From: Eledone cirrhosa
Taxonomy: Eukaryota
Assembly: GCA_964016885.1 (NCBI GenBank)
Contig: OZ024741.1
Span: forward strand, 128,960,001-129,024,000
DNA: 64,000 nt
Direction of reading: 5' to 3'
Each line of letters starts with the position of its first letter. The stretch's first letter is position 1. The notes beneath the pieces are model-generated. The model searched no databases. It saw only the letters and a list, made by a program, of their open reading frames with translations, and was not told the DNA's origin. The position numbers and the translations under genes are program-made. Shown piece after piece: positions 63,682 to 64,000 of this stretch.

Positions 63682-64000
63682 GTATAAATAAAGCTTCATA
63701 CACTTAACATGTATGGGTGACCATTCGTTTCAGGGTCCAGTTATGGCCACCATTGTGTAGTGGAGAAGGCTCAGACAAAAATATGAAAAAGGGAATTCCT
63801 TTAGTTGACTATATTTGGTTCTAAACAGAGAAGAGGTTCAATTAGAAACAGGGGAGGTAATTCTGGAGTGGTTGAACTGTTGACTTTAAGCTATCTGTGT
63901 ATAGTACGCATGTGATATGAGTGGTGTGCTAATTATCTAAAACCTTTAATCCCCTTGAATAAGATCGCTGCCAAAGGCGTTTTGTTTATTTTGGGGGAAT

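Overview
Eukaryotic, AT-rich, microsatellite- and transposon-dense animal DNA. The SINE families and repeat landscape suggest a coleoid cephalopod such as Octopus; this is an inference, not checked. Most ORFs in the track are microsatellite or antisense artefacts. By reading splice sites I found two host genes that the ORF track largely misses. (1) A minus-strand gene for a single-pass membrane protein with an ankyrin-like repeat, with phase-compatible exons at 33199-33298 (tentative), 8505-8666, 7889-7977 and 2635-2739, running off the left end. (2) A divergent plus-strand first coding exon at 48783-48833 (MDDETERLKKLKAGKER) resembling the AKAP9/pericentrin N-terminus. There is also an intron-containing tRNA-Lys(UUU) gene at 31387-31476. 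Mobile elements: a truncated Helitron and non-autonomous Helitrons, an RTE LINE intact except for one stop codon plus its SINE partners, two Penelope-like elements, an L1/Tx1 fragment, about seven CRE-like (RLE) pieces, Gypsy remnants, a deleted LTR element with a tRNA-Trp-like PBS, and MITEs. The most interesting signal is a set of short non-coding hairpin elements embedded in (TA)n tracts that carry type-I hammerhead ribozyme cores, one with a ~70-bp stem I and a ~100-nt stem II region.
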